A stretch of DNA of 64,000 nucleotides from a virus, in the IMG/VR virus record IMGVR_UViG_3300032213_001637, positions 1 to 64,000 of that record; one strand, 5' to 3'. Under the pieces are notes generated by a model. It ran no database searches, was not told the DNA's origin, and saw only the letters and a list, made by a program, of their open reading frames with translations. Within the stretch, counting starts at the first letter, position 1, and every line of letters begins with the position of its first letter. The translations under genes were made by a program, and so were the position numbers. This document shows positions 1 to 8,643 of the stretch, piece by piece.

Positions 1-43
1 AAAAAGACGCAAGAAATAAAAGTCCGTTTTATTTTTTATAGAT

Positions 44-52
44 ATATTTATA
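44..52 (+). promoter_or_regulatory. Putative late promoter motif ATATTTATA
   Basis: 5 nt upstream of ATG 58; the same motif recurs at similar spacing before several other genes in the window. Confidence 0.6.
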
Positions 53-57
53 AACAT

Positions 58-300
58 ATGACAAAATTAGAACTTAAAAAATTAATCAAGGAAGTTTTAT
101 CTGAAACCCAATTCGTAAACGAAGGTTTGCCAATGGGACAATCTAAAGAGGCGCAAGAGGCTGCTCATAAATTAAACTATATTGTTCATAGTTTGATATC
201 TCGTCCAGATCTACAACGGAAAGGTATAGTGGCGGCGGGTGAACTCATTCGTCTAATCGACCAAGATAGAGATCCAAACTCACCTTTTAATAAGCCCTGA
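58..300 (+). CDS. Small hypothetical protein with putative head-targeting leader
   Basis: N-terminus MTKLELKKLIKEVLSETQFVNE; ATATTTATA upstream. Confidence 0.65.
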   Translation: MTKLELKKLIKEVLSETQFVNEGLPMGQSKEAQEAAHKLNYIVHSLISRPDLQRKGIVAAGELIRLIDQDRDPNSPFNKP

Positions 301-342
301 GTCTGCCTTTTAATTAGAGCAGAACGAGTTTGTAAGAAGTAT

Positions 343-374
343 AAAAAACCCCACCGTTAAAAGTGGGGTTATTT
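343..374. terminator. Intrinsic, probably bidirectional, terminator
   Basis: Stem AACCCCAC (347-354) / GTGGGGTT (363-370), A-run on left, ATTT on right, between convergent genes. Confidence 0.75.
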
Positions 375-377
375 GAT

Positions 378-710
378 TTAATCTTTCTTTGGTTTACTTG
401 GTCTATCACCATCTTTTGGTGGACCATCGTGTTTTGGTCCTTTTGGTCCGCCTGGTGGTGGTCCAAAACTTCTCATTAATTTACGGTCAGCATCACTGAC
501 TTTGGCTCGTTCTTCCTTGTCCAATTTGCCATCTTTGTTTGCGTCATACTTGGCAACCAATGCAATACGTTGTGTTTTTTGTTCCTCCGTCAACTTTGGA
601 CGGAATGGACGGCCTTCACCGGGAGGTTTACCTTGTTGAGCATTTGGGGGGCCTAAAAGCTCAGCGTTTAGGGTAAATGTTGCGACTAACACTAATAGAT
701 ACTTATACAT
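378..710 (-). CDS. Secreted EF-hand protein with Pro/Gly-rich arms
   Basis: Signal peptide MYKYLLVLVATFTLNA; EF-hand loop DANKDGKLDKEE; LTEEQ motif; SD AAAGGA upstream. Confidence 0.75.
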   Translation of the reverse strand: MYKYLLVLVATFTLNAELLGPPNAQQGKPPGEGRPFRPKLTEEQKTQRIALVAKYDANKDGKLDKEERAKVSDADRKLMRSFGPPPGGPKGPKHDGPPKDGDRPSKPKKD

Positions 711-809
711 ATATTTTCCTTTCGTTGGTCAGCATGATGCTGATGTTCAAAGATACATATGGCTCAATCGTGTGAAAGTTTTTTCTTTTACATCACCTTT
801 ACAAAATTC

Positions 810-837
810 TTGACATTTTGGTCTTTATGGTGATAAT
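810..837 (+). promoter_or_regulatory. Sigma70-type early promoter
   Basis: TTGACA-16 nt-GATAAT upstream of ATG 847. Confidence 0.55.
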
Positions 838-846
838 AAAACTATC

Positions 847-1098
847 ATGAAAAACTGTGGCTGTGGAAATTCTATTCCCGAAGATCGTCTCAATTTGGGA
901 TTTAAAGTATGCATTATCTGTGGAGAAAAGATTGCACTCAAGAAGAAGCCATTTGGTTACGTACACTACGGTCATAAAACGGCCGGCAGCATCGTTATTA
1001 CCTCCAAGTCGGGGTTTGACAACTACAGCAAGGTTTCTTATCGTATGAACAAAGGCAGCAACATGGGTTACGCAAGCAGAATCTGTACATCTTTTTAA
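847..1098 (+). CDS. DksA/TraR-like C4 zinc-finger protein
   Basis: C-x-C-GNSIPEDRL...C-x2-C resembles the DksA/TraR finger (IP-x2-RL). Confidence 0.55.
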   Translation: MKNCGCGNSIPEDRLNLGFKVCIICGEKIALKKKPFGYVHYGHKTAGSIVITSKSGFDNYSKVSYRMNKGSNMGYASRICTSF

Positions 1099-1103
1099 TC
1101 AAT

Positions 1104-1322
1104 ATGACAATGTCCGAGATCTACAAAAAAATCTACGATGATGAATTTAACAAACTTGCACGTTGGAAGCAAGTGGCAGTTAATGATGATGTGGCAAACA
1201 AAAAGTCGTCGGGATTAACAGATGAATTTATCAAACTTGTAATAGAAAAGGCTGAAAAGTATTACGATCAAAATAAAAATTCTACAAAACCAAAAAAAGA
1301 GTTGATTAAAACATCTAAGTGA
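1104..1322 (+). CDS. Hypothetical protein
   Basis: 72-aa ORF in operon context. Confidence 0.6.
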   Translation: MTMSEIYKKIYDDEFNKLARWKQVAVNDDVANKKSSGLTDEFIKLVIEKAEKYYDQNKNSTKPKKELIKTSK

Positions 1323-1340
1323 TGTAGTATATCAGAAATT

Positions 1341-2360
1341 ATGAAAGTCGCTACTATCGAAGAAATTGCAGAGGTTATTCCACATCCTAACGCTGATGCT
1401 CTTGAACTCGCCAAGATCAAGGGATGGCAGGTATGTATCAAGAAAGGTGAATTCAAGAAAGGAGATCTGTGCATCTACATTTGTGTTGACAGCGTTCTTG
1501 AAGACAAGTCGGTCTACGAGTTCTTGCGTAACAAGAACTTTCGTATTCGTACCGTCAAACTTCGTGGTCAAATCAGTCAGGGAATTGCTTTTCCAATGTC
1601 AATGTTCAAGAGTCTTGGACATGATACCGTTGTGTTTACTGAACCAAATGTGGTGGGAAGTGACGTTAGTCATTATGTTTATGCCAAACACTATGAGAAG
1701 CCTCTTTCCGCACAACTTTCTGGACAAGTATATGGTCTGATGCCTTCATATCTTCGTAAGACGGATGAAGACAACATTAAGAACAATCCAGAGATCCTTC
1801 AGGAACTTGCTGGTAAGTCATATTACATCACCATGAAGGTGGATGGAAGTAGCGGAACTTACTTCTACAAGGATGATGTTGGATTTGGCGTTTGTAGTCG
1901 TAACTACCAACTTAAGGAAGACGATAAGAATAGTTTTTGGGTTGTTGCTAGAAAGTATGATCTTGAGAACAAGTTGAAGAATGACGGTCGTAATCTTGCC
2001 ATTCAAGGTGAGGTTTACGGACCTGGCATTCAAGGAAATCTACTTGGTGTTAAGGATATTCAGTTTCGTGCATTCAATCTATTTGACATTGACAACTACA
2101 AGTATCTTGATCGTAATGAGCTTTTGAGATTTTGTGATGTGAATGATATTCCTGTTGTTGAAACCATTGACGATGGTACTTCTTTCAACAAGACTCTTCG
2201 AGAATTGCAGGAGTTTGCCAACAATCTCGTTTATGAGAATAATAATCTTGCAGAAGGTATTGTAGTTCGTCCTACTGTAGAGACGTATAGTGAGACTCTA
2301 AAGGGACGATTGTCAGGTAAGATTATTAGTGAGCCATTCGAACTTAAATACAACGATTAA
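1341..2360 (+). CDS. RNA ligase, DRB0094/Rnl2-like family
   Basis: N-terminal HPNADALELAKIKGWQV...KKGEF module; ligase motifs KVDGSS, QGEVYG, FNLF, EGIVVR, KIIS. Confidence 0.9.
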   Translation: MKVATIEEIAEVIPHPNADALELAKIKGWQVCIKKGEFKKGDLCIYICVDSVLEDKSVYEFLRNKNFRIRTVKLRGQISQGIAFPMSMFKSLGHDTVVFTEPNVVGSDVSHYVYAKHYEKPLSAQLSGQVYGLMPSYLRKTDEDNIKNNPEILQELAGKSYYITMKVDGSSGTYFYKDDVGFGVCSRNYQLKEDDKNSFWVVARKYDLENKLKNDGRNLAIQGEVYGPGIQGNLLGVKDIQFRAFNLFDIDNYKYLDRNELLRFCDVNDIPVVETIDDGTSFNKTLRELQEFANNLVYENNNLAEGIVVRPTVETYSETLKGRLSGKIISEPFELKYND

Positions 2361-3145
2361 CTATAGTGTGGTGGTTCTTTTTCTTGACTGCCACTTTCTT
2401 TTTCAACAACAATACTAGGTTTTCCATTAAAATTTCGACCTATTTTTCCGTATAACTTTTCTGCGGTAGGTATTAATTCACTTGGAGTACGTATTGGGAT
2501 AGTATCAATCAATTCATATTTATCATACCACCAACCACCTTCCTCATATCCTCCTAGTGCTCTTGTAATATCATATAAACTGACGTATAACGGATAATTC
2601 AATTCATTGTGAGAATCATTACGATGATGTATCAAACTATACAATTTATGATACGTATCGTGTATTTTTTTAACATTTTCAATATCCTGATCTGTAATAT
2701 TTAGGTTTTTAAGTTCATCGGGGATATTCTTATGAGAAGGATCGGTTTTTGCCAAATCAATAAAACTAATTAACCAATGGTGCATGGACCAATAATTTTC
2801 GTATTCTGCAAATAGACGGTCTATGTAAGACTGAAACTTTTGATAAAACTCTGGCATTTTATCTTTTATGTACTTATAAAGAACCCCGGTACGTTTTTTA
2901 TCATCTTGATCTGAGTGTTCATATGGAACATCAACTATGTGATCAATATGTGCGGTTTCTTTAAAATCTTCATCATCGTTGTGTTTGGGTCTATAATTTG
3001 GATAACCCAATCCATGAGGAAAATTCGTTCCTCCAATTTTCATTCCCGGTTCCAAATCGCTGCCTGGTCTAACCCAATCGTCTCCTTCATCACCGTTTGG
3101 TTTTTTAGCTTCAAATAAATGTTTAAAAAAGTCTTTATAGTCCAT
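2357..3145 (-). CDS. Hypothetical protein with YKDFF leader (putative internal virion protein)
   Basis: Starts MDYKDFFKHLFE; C-terminal LGGYEEGGWWYD motif; ATATTTAT upstream. Confidence 0.7.
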   Translation of the reverse strand: MDYKDFFKHLFEAKKPNGDEGDDWVRPGSDLEPGMKIGGTNFPHGLGYPNYRPKHNDDEDFKETAHIDHIVDVPYEHSDQDDKKRTGVLYKYIKDKMPEFYQKFQSYIDRLFAEYENYWSMHHWLISFIDLAKTDPSHKNIPDELKNLNITDQDIENVKKIHDTYHKLYSLIHHRNDSHNELNYPLYVSLYDITRALGGYEEGGWWYDKYELIDTIPIRTPSELIPTAEKLYGKIGRNFNGKPSIVVEKESGSQEKEPPHYS

Positions 3146-3149
3146 GATG

Positions 3150-3157
3150 ATAAATAT
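3150..3157 (-). promoter_or_regulatory. Putative late promoter motif ATATTTAT
   Basis: 4 nt upstream of minus-strand ATG at 3145. Confidence 0.6.
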
Positions 3158-3171
3158 AAATAAAAAACGAC

Positions 3172-3200
3172 TTTACAAACTATTTTTCTTACTATACAGT
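3172..3200 (+). promoter_or_regulatory. Sigma70-type promoter
   Basis: TTTACA-17 nt-TACAGT, 6 nt before ATG 3207. Confidence 0.5.
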
Positions 3201-3206
3201 AACCAT

Positions 3207-3665
3207 ATGAACAACTTTATAATTACAGTTGGAGCACCCGGAAGTGGAAAATCAACGTGGGTTGAAAAGTATAAGACAACTCATGCCGATACCACATTTT
3301 TGAGCAGTGATGCTCTTCGTGCAGTATTTGGCAAGAATGAAAACGATCAAACTGTTAGTGGTCGTGTATTTGAACACATGGAGAACGAAGTTGATCGACT
3401 TTTGCGTGAAGGAAAAGATGTGTGTATTGACGCAACCAATATGCACCGTAAGGCACGTAAAGTGTGGATTACTTTGGCAAAACAACATGGTGCAATATTG
3501 ACTGCCTACGTTTTTGTTGTGAATCGTGATACATTGATAGAACGTAATCAAAAGCGTGGGATAACGGGAGGCAGAAACGTTCCTGTTGATGTTATTGATC
3601 GTATGTTGACTAATTATGTTGAACCTTCAAAAGAAGAGGGATTTAATCAGATACATTTTGTATGA
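3207..3665 (+). CDS. Polynucleotide kinase-like P-loop kinase (AAA_33)
   Basis: GAPGSGKST, SSDALR, DATN, RNQKR...VP; start moved to MNNFIITVG. Confidence 0.85.
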   Translation: MNNFIITVGAPGSGKSTWVEKYKTTHADTTFLSSDALRAVFGKNENDQTVSGRVFEHMENEVDRLLREGKDVCIDATNMHRKARKVWITLAKQHGAILTAYVFVVNRDTLIERNQKRGITGGRNVPVDVIDRMLTNYVEPSKEEGFNQIHFV

Positions 3666-4042
3666 ACAAGTATTATTTATTTTTGGACGATATTAGAATG
3701 CCAACCGATGTTAGATGGGTTAAACTGCCTAACGTGGAGTGGACTATTATTCGTAACTATTCAGAATTTCGTAACATTATACTAAATTTGGGTATACCCG
3801 AGTTTGTTGCGTATGATCATGATTTGGCAGACACCCATTATGGTCATGGATTGAATGAGGATGAAATTGATTATAATAAATACACAGAAAAAACTGGTTA
3901 TGACTGTTGTCAGTTTCTACTTAATCAATGTAACAATAAGAGCATTAAACACCCACCATATGCGGTTCATAGTATGAATCCTGTGGGTGCCAGTAATATT
4001 CGTAACATTATTGAAAGGTATAACAGAACTATATCTGTATGA
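3662..4042 (+). CDS. Cyclic-phosphate-processing receiver-domain protein
   Basis: LFLDDIR-x-P, YDHDL, KTGYDC, VHSMNPVG motifs; coupled to the kinase by ATGA overlap. Confidence 0.75.
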   Translation: MNKYYLFLDDIRMPTDVRWVKLPNVEWTIIRNYSEFRNIILNLGIPEFVAYDHDLADTHYGHGLNEDEIDYNKYTEKTGYDCCQFLLNQCNNKSIKHPPYAVHSMNPVGASNIRNIIERYNRTISV

Positions 4043-4506
4043 TTATTTGGATCACTGGGCAACCCGCAAGTGGTAAAAGTACGCTTTCAAAGAAGTTAAC
4101 TGAATGTTTCGTTGATAAGTCATATCGTATTATTGATGGTGATATTTTTCGTAACCAGACATCAAACAATGATTATTCTGAAAAAGGACGTAGACTAAAC
4201 GTGGAACGCATAATGATATTTGCGTTGGGAGAAGAACGTTACTATGATTATGTTATTGTTGCTGCGGTGAGTCCATTTAAAGATCAACGTGACTGGATTA
4301 AAACCAAGACTAACGTCAAAGAAATTTATTTGACTAGCAGTCGTCAACGTGATGGTAAAATGGTTGAATATTATTCTCCACCCACCGACAATTATTTACA
4401 TATTGACACCGACACACATACTGTGGTAGAAACACAACTCAAATCGTTAACTTATATTTTGACACCATGTTTAAAGCAATTGCAGCAATGGATAAAAACC
4501 GTCTGA
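4039..4506 (+). CDS. cysC: Adenylylsulfate kinase-like protein
   Basis: WITGQPASGKSTL, IDGDIFR, SPFKDQR, YSPP. Confidence 0.7.
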   Translation: MIIWITGQPASGKSTLSKKLTECFVDKSYRIIDGDIFRNQTSNNDYSEKGRRLNVERIMIFALGEERYYDYVIVAAVSPFKDQRDWIKTKTNVKEIYLTSSRQRDGKMVEYYSPPTDNYLHIDTDTHTVVETQLKSLTYILTPCLKQLQQWIKTV

Positions 4507-4940
4507 TTGGACGGGGTGGTGGACTTCCTTGGCCAAGTATCAAGGAAGACTTTCAGTGGTTCAAGACATTTACTGCCAATCAGTATCTTGTTGTTGGATC
4601 TACTACGTATCGAACACTTCCACCTCTTCCTGGCAGAAAGTTGTTGGTATTGACGGATAACTTTACAGACCGTTGGTTCAATCCGTTTAACGACACTGCA
4701 ATGTGTACGTTGTCATATGTTGATGTACTAAAGGTTGCTGAAAAACGTGATGTCATCGTTATTGGAGGTGCAAAAACATATGAATTGTTTATGGACTCAA
4801 TTGATGAATTTTATATTACACAGGTTAATGGTGAATATGAAGGTGATACTTATATGCCAGAACTTGGTAAACACTTAAACAAGGTTTCAAAGTTTATTGA
4901 ATTTGAAGGTGGTCACAAAGTTTGTAAATATACAAGATAA
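4467..4940 (+). CDS. folA: Dihydrofolate reductase
   Basis: AAMDKNRLIG, LPW, EDFQWFK, LPGR, IGGAKTY, EGDTY. Confidence 0.92.
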   Translation: MFKAIAAMDKNRLIGRGGGLPWPSIKEDFQWFKTFTANQYLVVGSTTYRTLPPLPGRKLLVLTDNFTDRWFNPFNDTAMCTLSYVDVLKVAEKRDVIVIGGAKTYELFMDSIDEFYITQVNGEYEGDTYMPELGKHLNKVSKFIEFEGGHKVCKYTR

Positions 4941-4944
4941 TAAT

Positions 4945-5169
4945 ATGAATTATACAATTTGGGAAAGTACAATAGATAAGAAGTTTAAAGTATGTGTGAC
5001 ACGGGTGGCGCCATACGAAGGTGAATTGATTATCAGTGAAGATGATAAAATGTTGACAATCCAACAGGTTACGATATCACACGATGCAAAATTTGGACCT
5101 GATATAAGTGATATAACTGAATGGGAAAGAGTGTGCATTGATTTCATTGACAATAAATTAAACAAGTAA
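4945..5169 (+). CDS. Hypothetical protein
   Basis: ORF between folA and thyA; start moved to ATG 4945. Confidence 0.6.
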   Translation: MNYTIWESTIDKKFKVCVTRVAPYEGELIISEDDKMLTIQQVTISHDAKFGPDISDITEWERVCIDFIDNKLNK

Positions 5170-5170
5170 T

Positions 5171-6331
5171 ATGAACAAAGTAGACACAGAATATTTCAGA
5201 ATTGTCAATGATATTTTGACAAACGGAAAACTTAAAAAGAACAGAACTGGTGTAGATACAATTGGTATTTTTGGTGCTCAAGCCAAATACAATGTGGATC
5301 TAAATGCATTTCCTCTATTAACCACCAAGAAAGTTCATTGGCCAGCAATTGTTCACGAACTATTGTGGTTTATCAGTGGCAGCACTAATATCAAGTATCT
5401 GGTTGATAATAATGTTCGTATTTGGAATGAATGGGCATACAAGAAATATTCTGATTGGTGGGAAAATAGAGCAAAATTCTATACTTCTCCAGAAAACATG
5501 GAGAGAGAAATTCCAGCGGCGCAAGAGAACAAATTGACACAAGAAGAATTTGTTGACAAAATTAAATTTGACGAATCGTTTGCAAATAGATGGGGTGAAT
5601 TGGGTGAAGGAACTTATGGTGGAATGTGGCGAGATTTTCCATTTTTTACAATTGTTGATAAAACAGATCCATCAACGATGCCAAAATTCAAATCATTAGG
5701 AACAAAGGGAATGTATTGTGGAGATGAACCATTAACTTTTCTAGGAAGAATTGATCAAATTACAAAAGTACTTGAAAAGTTAAAGAACAATCCAGATGAT
5801 AGACGCATGATTGTAAGTGCATGGCATCCATATTGGGTAGATCATTGCGCATTACCTCCGTGCCATTGTCTATTCCATTTTCATACTGAAGAATTGACTT
5901 TGGAAGAACGAATTGATATTTTACAGAAACAAGTTGGTCCTGTAAATCTTCCTAAATCTGATGTGTGGATCATTCAAAAACTGAACGAGGACAATATTCC
6001 AACCCGTCGTTTGAATTGTTTGTTATACCAAAGATCCGTGGACACTGCACTTGGAAAGCCATTTAATATTGCAAGTTATGCACTGTTAACTGCTATGATT
6101 GCACAAACTGTTAATATGGTTTCAGGTATGTTTACGCATTCAATGGGTGATACGCATATCTATGTAAATCACATTGACGGATTGAAGTTACAATTAACAC
6201 GGGAACCAAAGAAGCTACCTAGAGTTTGGTTGAATCCAGAAGTTAAATCACTGTTTGATTTCAAATACGATGATATTAAACTATTAGATTATGAGTTTCA
6301 TCCAACAATTAAGTTTAATGTAGCTGTATAA
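5171..6331 (+). CDS. thyA: Thymidylate synthase
   Basis: RTG, FPLLTTKK, ELLWF, RRMIVSAW, LPPCH, YQRS-x-D, PFNIASY, DTHIY. Confidence 0.96.
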   Translation: MNKVDTEYFRIVNDILTNGKLKKNRTGVDTIGIFGAQAKYNVDLNAFPLLTTKKVHWPAIVHELLWFISGSTNIKYLVDNNVRIWNEWAYKKYSDWWENRAKFYTSPENMEREIPAAQENKLTQEEFVDKIKFDESFANRWGELGEGTYGGMWRDFPFFTIVDKTDPSTMPKFKSLGTKGMYCGDEPLTFLGRIDQITKVLEKLKNNPDDRRMIVSAWHPYWVDHCALPPCHCLFHFHTEELTLEERIDILQKQVGPVNLPKSDVWIIQKLNEDNIPTRRLNCLLYQRSVDTALGKPFNIASYALLTAMIAQTVNMVSGMFTHSMGDTHIYVNHIDGLKLQLTREPKKLPRVWLNPEVKSLFDFKYDDIKLLDYEFHPTIKFNVAV

Positions 6332-6343
6332 CAAATTAATTAT

Positions 6344-6589
6344 ATGACTGACGACATAAAAGAAATAATTGAAGAACACAATCTTCTAACTATGGATGGA
6401 TTCGATGATTGTATCGACGGTGTTGTATATGGAAAAATGCGTGAATTGGTAGTTGTATATGATCGTGAAAAGGTTATTGAAAAAATTATGTCATACGGTA
6501 TGACTTATGCTGAAGCAGAAGAATATCATGAATATAATCAAGCAGACGCGTGGGTAGGAGATACTACACCGATATTCATAATCAAATGA
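6344..6589 (+). CDS. Conserved phage hypothetical protein
   Basis: DGFDDCI...VVYD...EA-x-EY...AWVG-x2-TP pattern familiar from small phage proteins. Confidence 0.65.
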   Translation: MTDDIKEIIEEHNLLTMDGFDDCIDGVVYGKMRELVVVYDREKVIEKIMSYGMTYAEAEEYHEYNQADAWVGDTTPIFIIK

Positions 6590-6924
6590 AACTACTACTG
6601 GGAATCGGAATATTAACTTTTGTATACATTATTGGGTGGCATCAACTATATGGTCAGTTTATTGCCGAATGGTACAAAAAGTACCAAAATTGGTTGGTGA
6701 TCTTAAGCATACCCAATACATTGTTGTCAATTTATTCTGTCAAACTTATCAGTGAACACTTTGAAGGCAAGATGTGGCCAAATCGCATTCTCACATTTAG
6801 TATTGGAATTGTGATGTTTACATTGTTGACTCAAATATATTTTAATGAGAAAATTAACCTCAAAACACTTGTACTGATTGCATTAAGTGGTCTTATTGTG
6901 GCACTACAAGTTATCTGGAAATAA
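6586..6924 (+). CDS. Small multi-pass membrane protein
   Basis: About four hydrophobic helices; ATGA overlap at 6586. Confidence 0.65.
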   Translation: MKLLLGIGILTFVYIIGWHQLYGQFIAEWYKKYQNWLVILSIPNTLLSIYSVKLISEHFEGKMWPNRILTFSIGIVMFTLLTQIYFNEKINLKTLVLIALSGLIVALQVIWK

Positions 6925-6929
6925 ACAAT

Positions 6930-7118
6930 ATGAACAATACTATTACCAAACTTGAAAACAACGATTTCAAAGTAGAACAAAACGAAACATGTATTATGTG
7001 TGATGTAGAAACTGACGTTCCACGTTCTATGCACATCGATTTTAGACACAACTATATTGAAGGTGTTGGTCAACTGTGTACATCATGTGCATCAGAAATA
7101 AATAACGCTGAAATCTAA
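6930..7118 (+). CDS. Small Zn-ribbon-like hypothetical protein
   Basis: CIMC...HID-x-R...EGVGQLCTSC. Confidence 0.65.
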   Translation: MNNTITKLENNDFKVEQNETCIMCDVETDVPRSMHIDFRHNYIEGVGQLCTSCASEINNAEI

Positions 7119-7127
7119 TTTTTGGTG

Positions 7128-7169
7128 TTGACATTAATGTCAGTTTTACCTATAGTTACACGATAGGAG
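7128..7169 (+). promoter_or_regulatory. Sigma70 promoter with overlapping palindrome and SD
   Basis: TTGACA (7128)-17 nt-TATAGT (7151); AGGAG at 7165; palindrome TGACATTAATGTCA 7129-7142. Confidence 0.8.
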
Positions 7170-7174
7170 ATAAC

Positions 7175-7795
7175 ATGCCAAATTATTTCAAATTACCGTT
7201 GGTCACATTGACCGAAAAACATTCGAAAATAACGGAGATGGAATATCTCGTTGATATTCTTCCACCATTTACTGAAGATGGACCGTGGATTGCAGGTGGA
7301 TCATTGTTGAGAACCAAGATGGGACTTCCAATGATTACTGATATTGACATTTTCTTTAAAAGTGCAGAACAATGTTCAAACTATTACGCTAAATTGAAAT
7401 CAGGATACGATGGAAAACAATTTAGTTATGTAACTGACTCTGATAGTAAATCTGCAAAAAATGTATTTATCAAATACATGGATCGTAACTATAAACTTCA
7501 GTTAATTAAAAGAAAGTTTTATGATAGTCCGTGTAAAGTTTTGGATGACTTTGATATAAATATATGTCAACTTGCGTATGATGGAACAAGTTTATATGTT
7601 GAACAAAATGCAATAAATTCTATAGAAGAACGAACTTTCTATTTGAATAAAATTTCAAATGGTGCAGACGTTATGTCAAGATGTATGAAATATGCACGTC
7701 TTGGATTTTATTTGTCTCACAGTGAAATTAACAAATTTTTTGAAACGATAACCAAAAACAACTCTCACACATCAACCGATACATATGAATTCTAA
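7175..7795 (+). CDS. Nucleotidyltransferase (CCA-adding/poly(A) polymerase head-like)
   Basis: WIAGGSL, DIDIFF, DDFDINICQLAYDG. Confidence 0.75.
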   Translation: MPNYFKLPLVTLTEKHSKITEMEYLVDILPPFTEDGPWIAGGSLLRTKMGLPMITDIDIFFKSAEQCSNYYAKLKSGYDGKQFSYVTDSDSKSAKNVFIKYMDRNYKLQLIKRKFYDSPCKVLDDFDINICQLAYDGTSLYVEQNAINSIEERTFYLNKISNGADVMSRCMKYARLGFYLSHSEINKFFETITKNNSHTSTDTYEF

Positions 7796-7904
7796 TAGTT
7801 CAGGACAAAATGGAAAAGGTGACGCTCCTCGTCCGGTAAATAAAAGCGTCTATGATAAAAACTACGATAATATTAACTGGGGAAGACCAAAAAAGAAGAA
7901 ATGA
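7785..7904 (+). CDS. 39-aa phage micro-protein (not in ORF track)
   Basis: MNSNSSGQNGKGDAPRPVNKSVYDKNYDNINWGRPKKKK; fills the gap and couples to the next gene by ATGA. Confidence 0.7.
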   Translation: MNSNSSGQNGKGDAPRPVNKSVYDKNYDNINWGRPKKKK

Positions 7905-8638
7905 AAAGAACACTTATTATATCTGATATCCATCTTAGATGGAAGTTAGTAGACAATATTATCAATGAGGAATCGCCCGATGAAATTATTTTCTTGGGTG
8001 ATTACTTTGATGATTTTGGTGATACACCCGAAAAGAATCTGGTGATGGCAGAATGGTTGGTTCATTCACTTGAACAACCAAATCGAATCCATCTAATGGG
8101 CAATCATGACATCATGTATGGTACACGTGATCGTAAGTATCAATGCTCTGGTTATAGTGAAGATAAAGAGTATTTGATCAATACGGTGATGACCCGTGAT
8201 CATTGGAAGAAGTTCAAGATGTATCATTGGTTGGATGATATTCTTTGTAGTCATGCGGGTGTACACGTTCACTTTCACAAACAAAATAGTGCTAATGGAC
8301 GTGATTTGAAGACTTGGTTGGAACAAGAATCGAAGTTAGCTCTTCGTAATGCGTTTGAACGTCTTTCTCAAATTCACGAAATGTTTAGCGCTGGTTATAG
8401 TCGTGGTGGAATTCAATTGCACGGTGGTATTGTGTGGTGTGACTTTACAGAGTTTAAAGGTATTCCCGGTGTCAAACAAGTTTTTGGACACACTCCACAA
8501 TCAATTCCAACGTGGAAGAATTATGATGAAGACATGTTGACAAGTGAAAATCTATGTTTGGATACACATAACAGAGATTATGTGATATATAGCAATGGTA
8601 AGTTGGAGATTAAATCTTCGATTGATATTAGTCGATAG
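7901..8638 (+). CDS. Calcineurin-like metallophosphoesterase
   Basis: SDIH, GDYFD, GNHD, SHAG, GHT. Confidence 0.9.
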   Translation: MKRTLIISDIHLRWKLVDNIINEESPDEIIFLGDYFDDFGDTPEKNLVMAEWLVHSLEQPNRIHLMGNHDIMYGTRDRKYQCSGYSEDKEYLINTVMTRDHWKKFKMYHWLDDILCSHAGVHVHFHKQNSANGRDLKTWLEQESKLALRNAFERLSQIHEMFSAGYSRGGIQLHGGIVWCDFTEFKGIPGVKQVFGHTPQSIPTWKNYDEDMLTSENLCLDTHNRDYVIYSNGKLEIKSSIDISR

Positions 8639-8643
8639 AAATA

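Noticed and set aside
5171-6331. ThyA homologue acting as dCMP hydroxymethylase (base modification)
   Set aside because: Retains the dUMP-specifying Asn (PFNIASY) and sits beside DHFR; a dUTPase is also present
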